Part shown: one piece after another, positions 52,817-64,000 of the stretch | Layout of the letters: the number at the start of each line of letters is the position of its first letter | Position numbering within the stretch: the stretch's first letter is position 1 | Assembly (NCBI GenBank): GCA_965202585.1 | Contig: OZ241833.1 | Location: forward strand, 24,614,001-24,678,000 | Direction of reading: 5' to 3' | Origin: Thalia democratica | Lineage: Eukaryota | DNA length: 64,000 nucleotides | Notes under the pieces: model-generated | What the model was told of the DNA's origin: nothing | Database searches by the model: none | What the model saw: the letters and a program-made list of their open reading frames with translations, nothing else | Position numbers and translations under genes: made by a program

Positions 52817-53821
52817 CACAGTAGGCCCGCAACAGGAAATAGCAAAACAAATGTTTTGAACATCTCTTTGAATATTTGTGGGTAGAAGTAAAGTTTCTAG
52901 CGTGTTAACTGCTTCAAATTAAACTAAATAATAACATCTACAGCAAAAGTTATGTCAGTTGGCGTGATGCGATTTGAAGGATTTAGCTTAGTATCATTTT
53001 TAATGTTTTGAAAATTGAAAATCCACGATTGAACAAAAAACTATAAAAAAATGCTTTAAAATGTAAGTAATTTTTTTTTTCATAGCTTAGAAAGATATTT
53101 AAAAAAATATTAATAAAAAAAACATTTATTTTTACAAAAATAACAGTATATAGAATATTTTCAATAGTCTGTGAGAATAAAATCTAGTTCGCTTCTTTAA
53201 AGATACTTAAATTGAGAATTTTTTTTGTTTAGTTTAAATAAAACTACAAGAGTACATAAAATATGTAGTTTTTGCACGTTTTTTTATCGACATTCTAGTA
53301 AACTTTCTTAATTTGAGGTTTTTAACCACATGCTGTCACTATTTATATTCATAATATATGTTTTTGAAATCCTCATCTTTATTACTTTGAAAAACTTACA
53401 TAACTCAGTGTTGATTTTTTTTATATTATATAGTTTTTATTCAGTTATAGCCAACGTATTTTTCAGTACATCATATAAAACTTTTTTTCAAAGTAATTTA
53501 AGTTTAAAAAGTTCTTTTTTATATAAAAAGTTCATATTTATTATCTACTAATCATCTACAAGCTGTTACAGAACCAAAATAAAAAGACATTAATTTACCT
53601 TATTTTTAAAACAAGCATTTATTTAGTATAAAACTATACATAGGACAAAAATATTTTACTGCTACTACTACTAAAAGTCTGATAACTTTAATTCTGTTAG
53701 AATTTTTATTTTTAATTTGGAAAGTTCAATAGATACAATCTTAGACTATACTAATAGTTTTACAAACATTTATTAAAAAATCTTTATTCCATACTTCCAA
53801 TAGCGATTTGGGCCCACTGTG
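52817..53821. mobile_element. Non-autonomous Transib (RAG-related superfamily)-type DNA transposon
   Basis: Termini cacagtaggccc / cacagtgggccc (11/12). Perfect 5-bp TSD accta at 52812-52816 and 53822-53826. No internal ORF. Confidence 0.78.
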
Positions 53822-54796
53822 ACCTATTTGCTCTTATAACAAATTTGAGATGCTTGTCTATAAAACTTAAATGCGGATTGTAATTTTTAACAGTTTAACA
53901 CTTTTATTCTTTGAACTAATTTTATTAAAAGCACTATAAATAAATCTACACTCTATAAAAATTCTAATCAATTTTATAATCTTTAAAGCTATAATTAGCG
54001 TTTAGCTTGTTTTGATAAACAAGCTGTTAAAATTGAGCGAACCTTTAAATTTTAAAGAGTTAAAGTTTATAAAACAACATTACTTATAAAAAGTTATCTG
54101 TATTCAAGACTTTTAATTAATAATACTAAAACATTATAGTTTGTACAAAATCTTTAAAAATTAAACTTTTATTTTATTAGTTTCTCGATATATTATATGC
54201 AGAAAACTTTTCAGATCCATTTACAGCTTATTTCTTAAAAAAAATTCTTAAGTAAGTGAATAATTACTTTTATTTTTTGAACTGATTAAAAAACTTTAGC
54301 ATAGTTATAAACAGTAAATTAAAAAAAAAGTTTAGTGGATTGTTAGTTTTTTTATCCAAGCTTGTTAGCACTTGTCTTAGTTTGTATTTCTTTACGTATA
54401 ATACTGAATAACTTAAAACTCATAAATGTTCTTAAGCTGGGCTTTTCTTTGAGTTGACGGATGCGCCAGGTGACTCAGATTGTACTACTCTTCTCAAGTT
54501 TTAAAATCTAGAAATCGTTTAATTAACCTCAAGTTTTATTAGCCAGCCATAAAGTAGCGCTAAGTTTCTGGTAAATAGTGTAACAGCAACAGAGCTGAAC
54601 AATACACATACTAATGATAATAAATAATAAAATGATGCATTTATTTTAATCATATTGTTAGTTTTAAGCTATTTTATTTAGAAATAGTGGAGACTTTACC
54701 TGACAATTTACTTAGATAAAAGCAAAGAGTTTTAGATATGTGCGTAAATAAACTTTCAAGTATTTAATATAAATAAATGTTTTATTAGCTAACTGA

Positions 54797-54905
54797 ACAA
54801 CAAAAATACGCTTAAAATGTTTGGTCCTAGGACCTGGTGCACAAAAAACCTTTCAGTTATCAAGTCACTTACCTCTTGAATATTTTTTAACGTCTTGTCC
54901 AGGAC
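54797..54905 (+). repeat. Interspersed ~110-bp repeat family, copy 3
   Basis: acgcttaaaatgtttggtcctaggacctggtgcacaaaaaacctttcagttatcaagtc...ttttaacgtcttgtccaggac. Confidence 0.75.
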
Positions 54906-57363
54906 TTTATTTTTTTAAGTTAAAACATTTACAGTTTTATGATTATTCTAAAAACCTAATAAATTTTTCTGTCCAGATCTTAAGACATTGATATTTTCTT
55001 AACTAAATTACTAGTTTTACTGTATAAATGTGTGCGATATTATCTCAGTATACTTTCAGCACCTAGTAATAACCTAAGGAATTTTAATTAGTACAATAAA
55101 TTTATCCTTTCAAGCTAAGGATTTTTTTGTTACTCAAATAATAGTTTCAAACAAAGTCCTAAAGCTGATTTATGTCAATAACTATCCAATTTTGTTAATT
55201 GTTTTGGTCCGAAAAATCGAATTCCTTAGTTTTGCGACTGACTTTATTAAACTTTGTTGTTCGATATTTCCTTATTTATGTGCTATATGATATCAGAACG
55301 CCAACATTTCAAGTATTTCTGAATTTAAATCAACACTTTACTTAAGTTGTTAAAATGATGTGCCTTACTAAGTTAAATTAGTATAGCATTTGATGAAAAA
55401 TTAGTTTAATAGATGTTTCAATAAGTAACACCTTGGGCTTTACTTCTTTGTACAAACTTATTAAAAGTTTAATAAAGGACTCTTAAGGACTGAAAAATAA
55501 GAATTCCTTTAACAGTTTACTAAAACTGTTACAACAAGCTTATTCAGTATGCTAAAAGCAATCATCCACCAATAATCGCTTCTCAATTCCTAAATCATGT
55601 GCGATGAAGTTTTTAATTAAGACTTTGTTATTATTACATGACCTTTATAATAGTATTGATTTTGAAATTAATAACTAATCTATCTAATATTAAGGGACTT
55701 TTTTATTATTTATCTATTCCAACTTGAATGCGTCGAAACTTCATCTAATTTGCATATTATTTTTACAGACTACAGCTAGATTACCACTAACTGTAGCTTA
55801 GCGAGCTGAGATTTTATGTTAGTCAGGCGCTGAACTTAAATATTAATGAGTTTGTTTAGATGTAATTAGTATTTAATCTTTATTCTTCCTTAAAGGGCGA
55901 GGAAAACTTTTAACTTGTTTGCTGTTAAGCAAGCACCTTTCTGTGCGCTATTTAAAGAAACTTGGAATTTTAAGATATGTTGTAAAACTGAACTCTGTAG
56001 ACCTTTTAAGCTCAAAAAACTTGATTTAAAAAATTATTAAATAATTGATGATGCATGTTTGCTTGCCTGAATAGAAAATCGGATTCAAAAACTCTTGTAC
56101 TAAAGCTAGACTATTTTTTGAGTTGATACAAATTTCCTTTTATGCTTGCTTCTGTATTTTTGACAGTAATGTAAAAACTTAGAATTTTAAATTTTCTCTT
56201 TTCGTATTTAATTATAAATCACTTTTTAGTACTTGTTGAAAATTTAAAAACAAAAATGATACATATAGAAATGATAATACTATTAAATCTTTTGCTAACA
56301 TAATTTTTTAATTTTACTTAGTTTCATATAGTGCGTTTTACTACAGATTTGAATTAAATATAAGATCTTAACAAGTAGTACTTCTATTTAAGACGGAAAT
56401 GAATAAAGTAACATTTTTAAAACTAAAAATAGAATATTCGAATCATTAAAATTTATTAAAACTAAAATAACTGCTTGGTTTCGAATATTTGTTGAAGTTT
56501 ATGTCAAAATAATAATTTAACTTTTGATCAGGAACGTTATTTTTACAATATTTTTTGTCAAACATTAATCGGATATACAAAAAAACATATTTGCAAGTTT
56601 CAGTAAATGTAAGCAAATATATACCTTAAAACTAGGTACAAATTAATTTATCTTAAAATACTGTATTTTCATTTTAACCCTTCTAATTTAAAAGCGTGTT
56701 TTAATTATACCTTTTTGGTATAAACAAAAACAAAAATCACTACTTCCTTTTTTTACTAAAAAAATATCATAAATAAATAATATTTAACATCAGCAATATT
56801 TAATAGCAAAGCTGTGCTTTAAATATCTCAACTTTTTATCGTGTGAACACGTAAATATTTATTTAAACTTGATAAAATCAGCACAAATTGTTGAATTTTT
56901 AAAGACTTTATTTTATATTTCAGTAAATACATTGCAATTTCAACATGTTTTTAACTGAAAATTATTTGAACAGTTTTTTATTTTAATATTATTAATATAA
57001 CAAAAATCTGATTATTGTATTATTAAAGATATAAACACCATATTTTTTATACAGTAAAAAAATCATTTATCTACTTGTAAATCAACTACTTTAAAATTAT
57101 AAACATGTTTAAGATATGATTTTTTTTAAATAGATACTAAATTTGTGAAGTTCTTTCAATCAAGAATATTTATTTTATTTTACATAAAACGAAAACCATT
57201 AAAACATCTCTAGTTGAAAGACCAGAAAATATCTAAAAGCGTATTTTACCTTAAAAAACATGCCAGGTTGATACCTCTAAGTTTTATCTACTTTTTAGAA
57301 TCAAAGAAGTAAAGTTACTAGAATGTTTAAATAAAGAACATACAAATGATGAAAAAATCTAAA

Positions 57364-60300
57364 CTATTCACTGTCCTCGCTGGAAGAACTGTATGCGTAC
57401 CCCACTAAAGACGTGGCTGCTTTACCAACTTTCTGCTCATCATTTTTGTTTTCAGCAACTCCAGTCTCTTCATTTTTGCTTTTAACTTCCTTCTCTTCTG
57501 TCTTGTTGTTACTGCTTGCTTCTTTGGAAGTGCTGACATTGGCCACCTTCTTTTTGATGCCAAGTTTTTTAATACCAAGCTTTTTTCGGAGTGGGGCGGA
57601 ACTTTGCTGTAATAAAATTTGTGAATGTTAGTTTTGTTGTTTCTGAAAACTTAATATAAAAGTTAAACTGTACTTAATAACTAGTAATGGCAATTAAAAT
57701 TATGAAACATGGAGCTTCCGGTTGTTACAATTTTTATTATGCTTTTTTATTGTAAACATTTTTTACAATTTCAATAAAATTAAATTGTTTAAAAACAAAA
57801 TGAAAGTAATATTTTCCAAAATTATTAAAAATTAATCAAAAAATTTGTTAAGATGTAGTTTTCTGCTTACATAGTTTTTTCAAAAATGTTAAAATATGTA
57901 TTGTTATTTTAGCTGAAACATGAACTATGACTAAAACATATTTATATTTAAATTAAAGTAATTACCTTTGAATTTCCTTGACCTAAAATGTCGTTCTTTA
58001 GGCCCATTTTCTTTTCAAGGCGCTTATAAACATCTGTTAAGTCGTTGTGGTCTTTTATTTCTGGAATTCTTTTACATTTGATGCGTCTAAAAAATGAAAT
58101 TTATATAACATATGTTTAAATAAAACTTCGATCTCTTTATTATGTTTACTAATTAAGTTTAAGCAAAAATTAACTTTTAAACTCAAACATATTACAGGAA
58201 CAAATTTTTGCACAATAAAGCTTTAGTATACTGTTCATTTAAAACTTAAAGCTTTTTAAGTGCCTAAATAAATATATGATTATTATATAACTTATTTAAA
58301 TAAAAATGTTGTTATAAAATTTCCTTTTAGCTCTATTTGTTATTAACAAAGCACAAACACGCAAATACAATATTTTATTAACTAAAATACACGCACTAAA
58401 TTCCTTAGCTAGTATTAAAAAAATACTTCACAAAAAATATTTGTTAAAATTCCAACATTATATTTACAATATTAAATCAAATGATCAATAAAACTAAATT
58501 CCCAACAACTTCAACATAAAGTGACCAATAGTAATAGATTAAAAATATTAATTATTTAAAAATTAATACAAAAAAACAAACTTTATTTCCTCGTCGATTT
58601 CCGCTTCCTCCCGCTTCTTCCTCTCCTCGTCGGTCTCCTTGTGGATCTTCATCCTCTTTGTGAGCACCTCGTCGATGTGCAGCTGCGCCTTCTGATCGTT
58701 CATCTCCTTCAGATCCTCCAAAGCCTCCATCATCTCCATCTCCCTCTTAGAGTCCTTCGTCCTCTTCTCCAACATCTGAAATTATTATTCATATGCTATA
58801 ATATATTCAGTGCTAGAGGCCTTGGGTTCAAGTTTTGTTTATAGTCAGTGTTCTCAACATTTATCAGCTACTACGAAAGTCTAACAAACGCTGAGTTATC
58901 TGAGTGTTAAAGATTTGAAAGTAAATATGAAGCAGGCTCTCCTAAGAAAAATGAAAAACGTTGTTCATAAAAAAGCGGTTCTAGTTATACGAATAAAAGT
59001 GAAACAAGTTGTATGGATAAAAGTTAAGCCGGTTACTCAAATGAAAGCTGAACCAGTTGTTCAAATAATGTGAAGCCAGTCGTTCGAATGAAAGTGAAAC
59101 CAGTTTTGGAGTGAAGCCATCTGTTCGGGTGAAGTTGAAGTAGGATATTGTTGTTCTCTTTTCGGAAGCACCGGAATTATAAATTTTGTGTTATATTTTT
59201 TGGTGTTTTTATGTTAATTTTTAAAACTTTAATTAGTTAAACTCAGTTTTTTTTCATTTTTAATGTACAATCTTGGTTTATTTTTGTCTTTTTGTTGTAT
59301 GTCTTTCTGTATAAGTGGCCTAGGTTTTGATGCCTGGGTCCTTCATATGACAATAAACTTACAATAATATGATAAAAATATCTAACACATTTCTTAACAG
59401 GTTTAATGTTCATACAGCAGTTTGTTTTGGTTTTTATTTACTTTTTGCATTGCGTTTTAAAAAGTAATCTTGGTAATTCAGCAAAGTTTGATGAGGAGTG
59501 ATTTTTTGTACAGTCTTTGTTGAAACAAATATCTAACCTTAATTTCAAAAATGAAAAATAGAAAATGAAGCATATTATTACTAGATTAAACTTCATACTT
59601 GAAAAATCAAATAAAAGACGTGAAAAAAATTTACTTTCATCGGATTGGATTCTTCTTCTTCTCGTTTCTCTTTTTCCTTCTTCTCCTGTTCATCGACCAG
59701 CCTCTGAGCTTCGAAGTTCCTCGTCGCTCCGTGCTCTATCGCGTAATCCTGATTCTCCGGATCCGTCTGAAATAAATAAGCTTAAATTACCAAGTATTTC
59801 AAATGTGTAATCTTATTTTTGTGTTGAACTTTATAGATTGCTACAAGTTATTACCTCTATCTAAAAAAACAGTTTTTAACTAGTCTAGAAAAAAGGTTTT
59901 GGAGTTTGAAATCAACAATCATTGAAGTTTGTTAAGTATTTAATTTTTTATCTAACTTCATAACACATTTCTACCAATATTAACCCCTCTTAAGACTTCA
60001 TTGATTAGTTCTGAAGAAAAAGAAATTTCCAAGTAAAATTAAAACTGCGTATTTAGTCATGTCAGTAACAACAAACCAGGAAAGTGATTTCAGCAACGCA
60101 TCTGGTGCACTTGATGTAGAATCGGTAAATTCTCAACCCGAGGTAGTCCTTGTCCTGGACCGTCTCCATTCTCGAGTTGAACTTGGTCCCTTTGTAAATG
60201 TAGTTTCCACACGTCTTGCATCTGTTTGTTGATAAAAAATAAAAAGTGAGAATGTTTCACTACTATACTGTTCAGTAAAAAGTACTCGAGAACAGTTTTT

Positions 60301-61936
60301 TTTTATGCAACATAATAGTTTAAAAAGAATTACTAAGCTATGCTATTTCAAAAAAAAGAGATATATAAACTTTTTCATATATACACTCTTGAACAAAATT
60401 ATTGATAACTGACATAAAATTTGTTTAAATAGGTAAATAATTTACTTTTAGAAGTTGGTTAGATAGTTTTTAATTAATCATAACGCTTTTTTCTAGCAAC
60501 AAATACAAAAAAAAACATATTGTGTATAAATATTTGTACAGTTTTGTACAGTTTTTTTTATTGGTTACTGGGCAGACCTTTTAAAATTTACTTTTATAAT
60601 TTAGCCAACAAATTGAATATAATTTTTTACTTTTTACCAAAAAATAACATAAGTAAAATTTTTCTTTAAGTATAAAAAATTTTCAATGAATTAGAGACTG
60701 ACTCAATTAAATCTTTAAATTTATGATAAATTGATATATGTTTCTTAGGATTATAAATTAGTTGTAACTAAAACTTGCAAAACAATACTTAAATGTTTTT
60801 AATTGAAAATATTAAAAATATTTGATAACAAAAATTAAAGCATTTCTAAAAAGACAAAAAGTTTACTCAGTTTTTTTTACTATCTCAGCGAATTTCAAAT
60901 ATAAACTAAGGTTTTGATGCTTTCATTTTAACTGAGACAAAAAATTAAGAACATATTTTTATTTTATTGAAGTAAGCTTCTGACAAAGTATTTGCCTACA
61001 TGCAATGTATTTTAAATCAAAAGGTTATAGTAAAATTAATATATTCTCACCCTCAACCATTTATTTCTTATAAGTTACTTTCAATTTTTTTTTTTGTTTC
61101 TTATCATTTCTGTGAAAATATTCAAGCTAAAAGTTAATGCTGGAGCAGAATTTTTACAATTGAAATATTAATACAAGTTAAACTTTAAAATAAGTTTTTT
61201 TTAAGCTTCAAACTTAAAAATACATCAACAAATTTATGTTTGTTTTAAACCTTTAGTTTAAAGATTGGGGAGCTTTTATCTTCATTTTTCAGTAATTTCT
61301 AGAGATTTGAAAAACTAAAAGTATACTTATTCTAATGTAGGGTTTTAAAAGTCAAGCAAAAAATCTGTCGAAATACTGTCTCCTGCTATGTAGTTTAAAA
61401 ATGTATACATTAAAAAACTTTTTAGGACACTTAAAAGAAAAACTAAACAGCAACATGTAAAAAGTTATCAAAATAATTACACATTTATTTTATTTTTACT
61501 TTATAGAACATAAAAATAAACTTATTAGCTTATTATTTAAGTGGTAAATTCTTAGTGTTTATTTAGTTTGAGAAAAGCATATAAATAAAGAAACATTTGT
61601 AGTACAACATAAATGTATACAATAAACTTATCTAAAGAAGCATATTAAGCTTAAAAAACTTTGTAGTTTAAAATATTTTCATATTGATAAACTTTTCAAA
61701 AAATACGTGCATATTTTAAGCATGCAAAAATTTAGATTTACACATTAAATCTATAGCTAAAAAGTAATTATGAACATTTTAAATAATATATGATGAATTT
61801 TAGCATAACAATGTTGAACTTAATTAAGTACAAACCTCATGTGAAAAGGAGCCATAGTTCGAATGGTGTACTGCCTGTCTTTTGCTTGGCGTTTTCTTGG
61901 TATTTTTGAAGGATCATAGTCGGGTGGGTAGTATTT
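57364..61936 (-). CDS. YJU2: Splicing factor YJU2 (CCDC94), 5'-partial; the short first exon was not found
   Basis: Exons: 61936-61836, 60221-60077, 59766-59635, 58775-58582, 58086-57966, 57606-57364 (311 aa). Motifs: [13 protein letters not shown]; [22 protein letters not shown]; [14 protein letters not shown]; [20 protein letters not shown]; [17 protein letters not shown]; acidic tail [15 protein letters not shown]. Confidence 0.95.
58985..59140 (+). repeat. Degenerate ~24-bp tandem repeat (GAATGAAAGTGAAGCCAGTTGTTC-like), about 6 units, in a YJU2 intron
   Basis: Recurring aaagtgaa(a/g)c(c/a)agtt units. Confidence 0.65.
59290..59345 (+). mobile_element. Probable LINE/SINE 3' tail with stem-loop, antisense in a YJU2 intron
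   Basis: taagtggcctaggttttgatgcctgggtcc is homologous to 44166-44195. Confidence 0.55.
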
Positions 61937-62589
61937 CTACATAAAAAAAATTGTAATTAAAAATATATACATTAATTTAAAAAAATAATAACACTAGGTA
62001 AAAAAAAAAAACATTTTTAGCAAATTTAACCAACTTTTATTTTCATAATGATAAACAAAAATAACATGTTTAGTTAAGTTTTTATTAAAGTTAAGGTTCG
62101 GTTAATTCACAAATATAAGATTTTTTTTGAATACTTAATCATTTTCCTTAACTTAAGCTTTTATACACTTAAATTAGAAGAAAATAAAAATTTAAAATAA
62201 GTTTGAAAAAACGTTTTGTTATTAAAAACAAGTTACATTGACAAACTTTTGTATTTGAAAATAAATGATAACACAAGTAGGAACAGCTGATTACTTACAT
62301 TAGATTGATCAACTATTTAAGTAATGTAAACTAAGTTTTCATAGTTTCTAATAAAGCATATTAACTTTTAGGCATCCTATTCATGTATTTTTAAAAACAA
62401 ATACTCAGCAACTAAAAACCCTTGTGTAAAAAGTCAAACAAGTTTAGCTAGGGCCATAGGGAAAATTCACATTTTTTAAACTTTATCTTAACTTGTGGAG
62501 CTTTAAATAAGGTACAAGCTGATTTTTTATAATTTATTTTAATATTCAAAATACTTTTTGAGACAAAGCTAGATAAAGTCAAAGAGTAC

Positions 62590-63440
62590 AATATCTTCCT
62601 TATGGGACGCTAAAACCAAAAAGAACTACTTTACTAAAAGTATATCACCACCTTTGCTTTTGGAAACAAAAAAACCTTAAATGTTCCTTCCAAAACCTGC
62701 TTTCAAAAATATATTATTATACCTCAGGTATGCTGATGATTGTTTTGTGTTGGCCAGAAGCAAGAAAATTATGGATATTTTTTTTAATATCTATAATAAT
62801 GCTCATTACTCTTTCAGTTTCACAATGGGAAAAGAAAATAATAATGAACTTGCTTTTTTAATGTACAATTTAAACAAGAAAAAAAACAGATTTTTAACAT
62901 CGGTGTATAGAAAGAAAACCTTCACAGGTTGTTATTTGAACTTTCAATTCAAGTATAGTTTAAATTTCACATAAAATCTGTTCCCCAGAGTTGCTACTAA
63001 GTGAAATCAAACAGATCAAGTTACTATAGACCAAAAACGAGTACCCACAAGAGTTAGTTAACAAAACAATTCATTTACATTTGAAAAATTGGATAAAAGA
63101 AAGACATTAGGACCTGAAAAAATTTTAGATACTTTAAACTTCCATTTAATAATAAAAATTAAGAAATGTTAGAAAATAAAATTAGACAACTGATAAGAAA
63201 TACTTATTATGCAGCAAACCTAAGGATTGTCTTCACGTCAAAACCACCATTAACACCAGGTGGTAAAGATCCAATATCAAACTTAAACAAAAGTATGGTA
63301 ATTTACTAATTCAGCTGCTATTGAAAAGTAAGTTATGTTAGTTTGACAACAAGACATCTAAGGAAAAGAATAAAAGAGCATGTCCCAAAAAGTGTAGAAA
63401 AGTTTAGTTCTTCAGAAAAGAAGGATGATATACCAGTTTA
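62590..63440 (+). mobile_element. Decayed Penelope-like retroelement (RT C-terminus plus GIY-YIG endonuclease)
   Basis: YLRYADDCFV; FTMGKENNNELAFL; FLTSVYRKKTFTGCYLNF; then TYYAANLRIVFTSKPPLTPGGKDPIS..SMVIY*FSCY*KVSYVSLTTRHLRKRIKEHVPK. Multiple stops and frameshifts. Confidence 0.85.
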
Positions 63441-64000
63441 AGTTTTAAATGCATCTAAATATACATTCATCCAATATATATGTTAATTTGTAATCTTATA
63501 TAGTAAAACTCAGTATCAAAATAATTAAAATACTTATTTTTTTATATTCTCTGGTTTATCAGTTTTATTCCATTTGAATTGTCAAGTTTTCAAATGTTTT
63601 TAACTTATCTAAATAGTCTACCTGTGACAATCTAGATATAGTTTATACTTAAACCTATCATAAGAGACAGTAACGTTTTTTATAAAAATGTCAGTTGATT
63701 ATTAGTTTTTCAATGCAGGTTATGTTAATTTATCTTTAAGCAAGTCATAATTAATCAAAGCATTGTGTATAAGACATATTTATGTTATTAAAAATTAAAA
63801 ATATTATGAAGTAATAGGAGGTTAAAAAATATTCATTTACATAGACATGTTGATAGTGTTGAACAAATATAAATATCTTAAATAAAATTTGAGCTGAAAA
63901 GTGTGTGTAAATGTTTTTTACATGACAATAATGTATTAAGCGATATCATTTATATACACAGGGTTGTTAAAGGTATTTAAAAGATTTAAGGACTTAATTT

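Noticed and set aside
52817-52855. RSS nonamer 23 bp after the left heptamer (acaaatgtt)
   Set aside because: Only 5/9 match to ACAAAAACC in an A-rich context, and there is no nonamer at 12 or 23 bp on the other end. This is not evidence of a 12/23 pair.
55510-55560. AKSNHPPII, resembling a Penelope RT motif
   Set aside because: It is a single short motif with no flanking RT or endonuclease motifs recognisable.

Overview
Very AT-rich metazoan (invertebrate) genomic scaffold with one 223-N gap (44198-44420); the taxon cannot be fixed from the sequence. Four spliced genes were rebuilt by hand with consistent frame and all GT-AG introns. (1) A 17-exon leucine-rich-repeat GPCR of the glycoprotein-hormone-receptor/LGR family (838-12126, +, 776 aa). 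(2) Ceramide transfer protein CERT1/COL4A3BP (28430-38595, +, 9 exons, 583 aa). (3) An unrecognised secreted protein with two probable divergent CUB-like domains (50057 to 45644 or 44920, -). (4) Splicing factor YJU2/CCDC94 (61936-57364, -), whose first exon was not found. There is also a duplicated, disrupted small membrane-protein gene (20.7 kb and 23.9 kb). Non-autonomous transposons with readable ends are abundant: two Mutator-type MITEs with 9-bp TSDs and telomere-like motifs, a hAT element with 8-bp TSD, a Tigger/pogo element with TA TSD, a Transib-type element with CACAGTG end and 5-bp TSD, two long intronic foldbacks, and a decayed Penelope-like retroelement. The least explained signals are in gene architecture. 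Synonymous GC switches between about 17% and 80-93% from one exon to the next within single genes. About half of the donors are GTT-type and several acceptors lack a pyrimidine tract. A homologous ~30-nt sequence with a TGTGACGT core starts three introns that follow GC-rich exons, in two unrelated genes. No CRISPR array, rRNA or tRNA gene was found.
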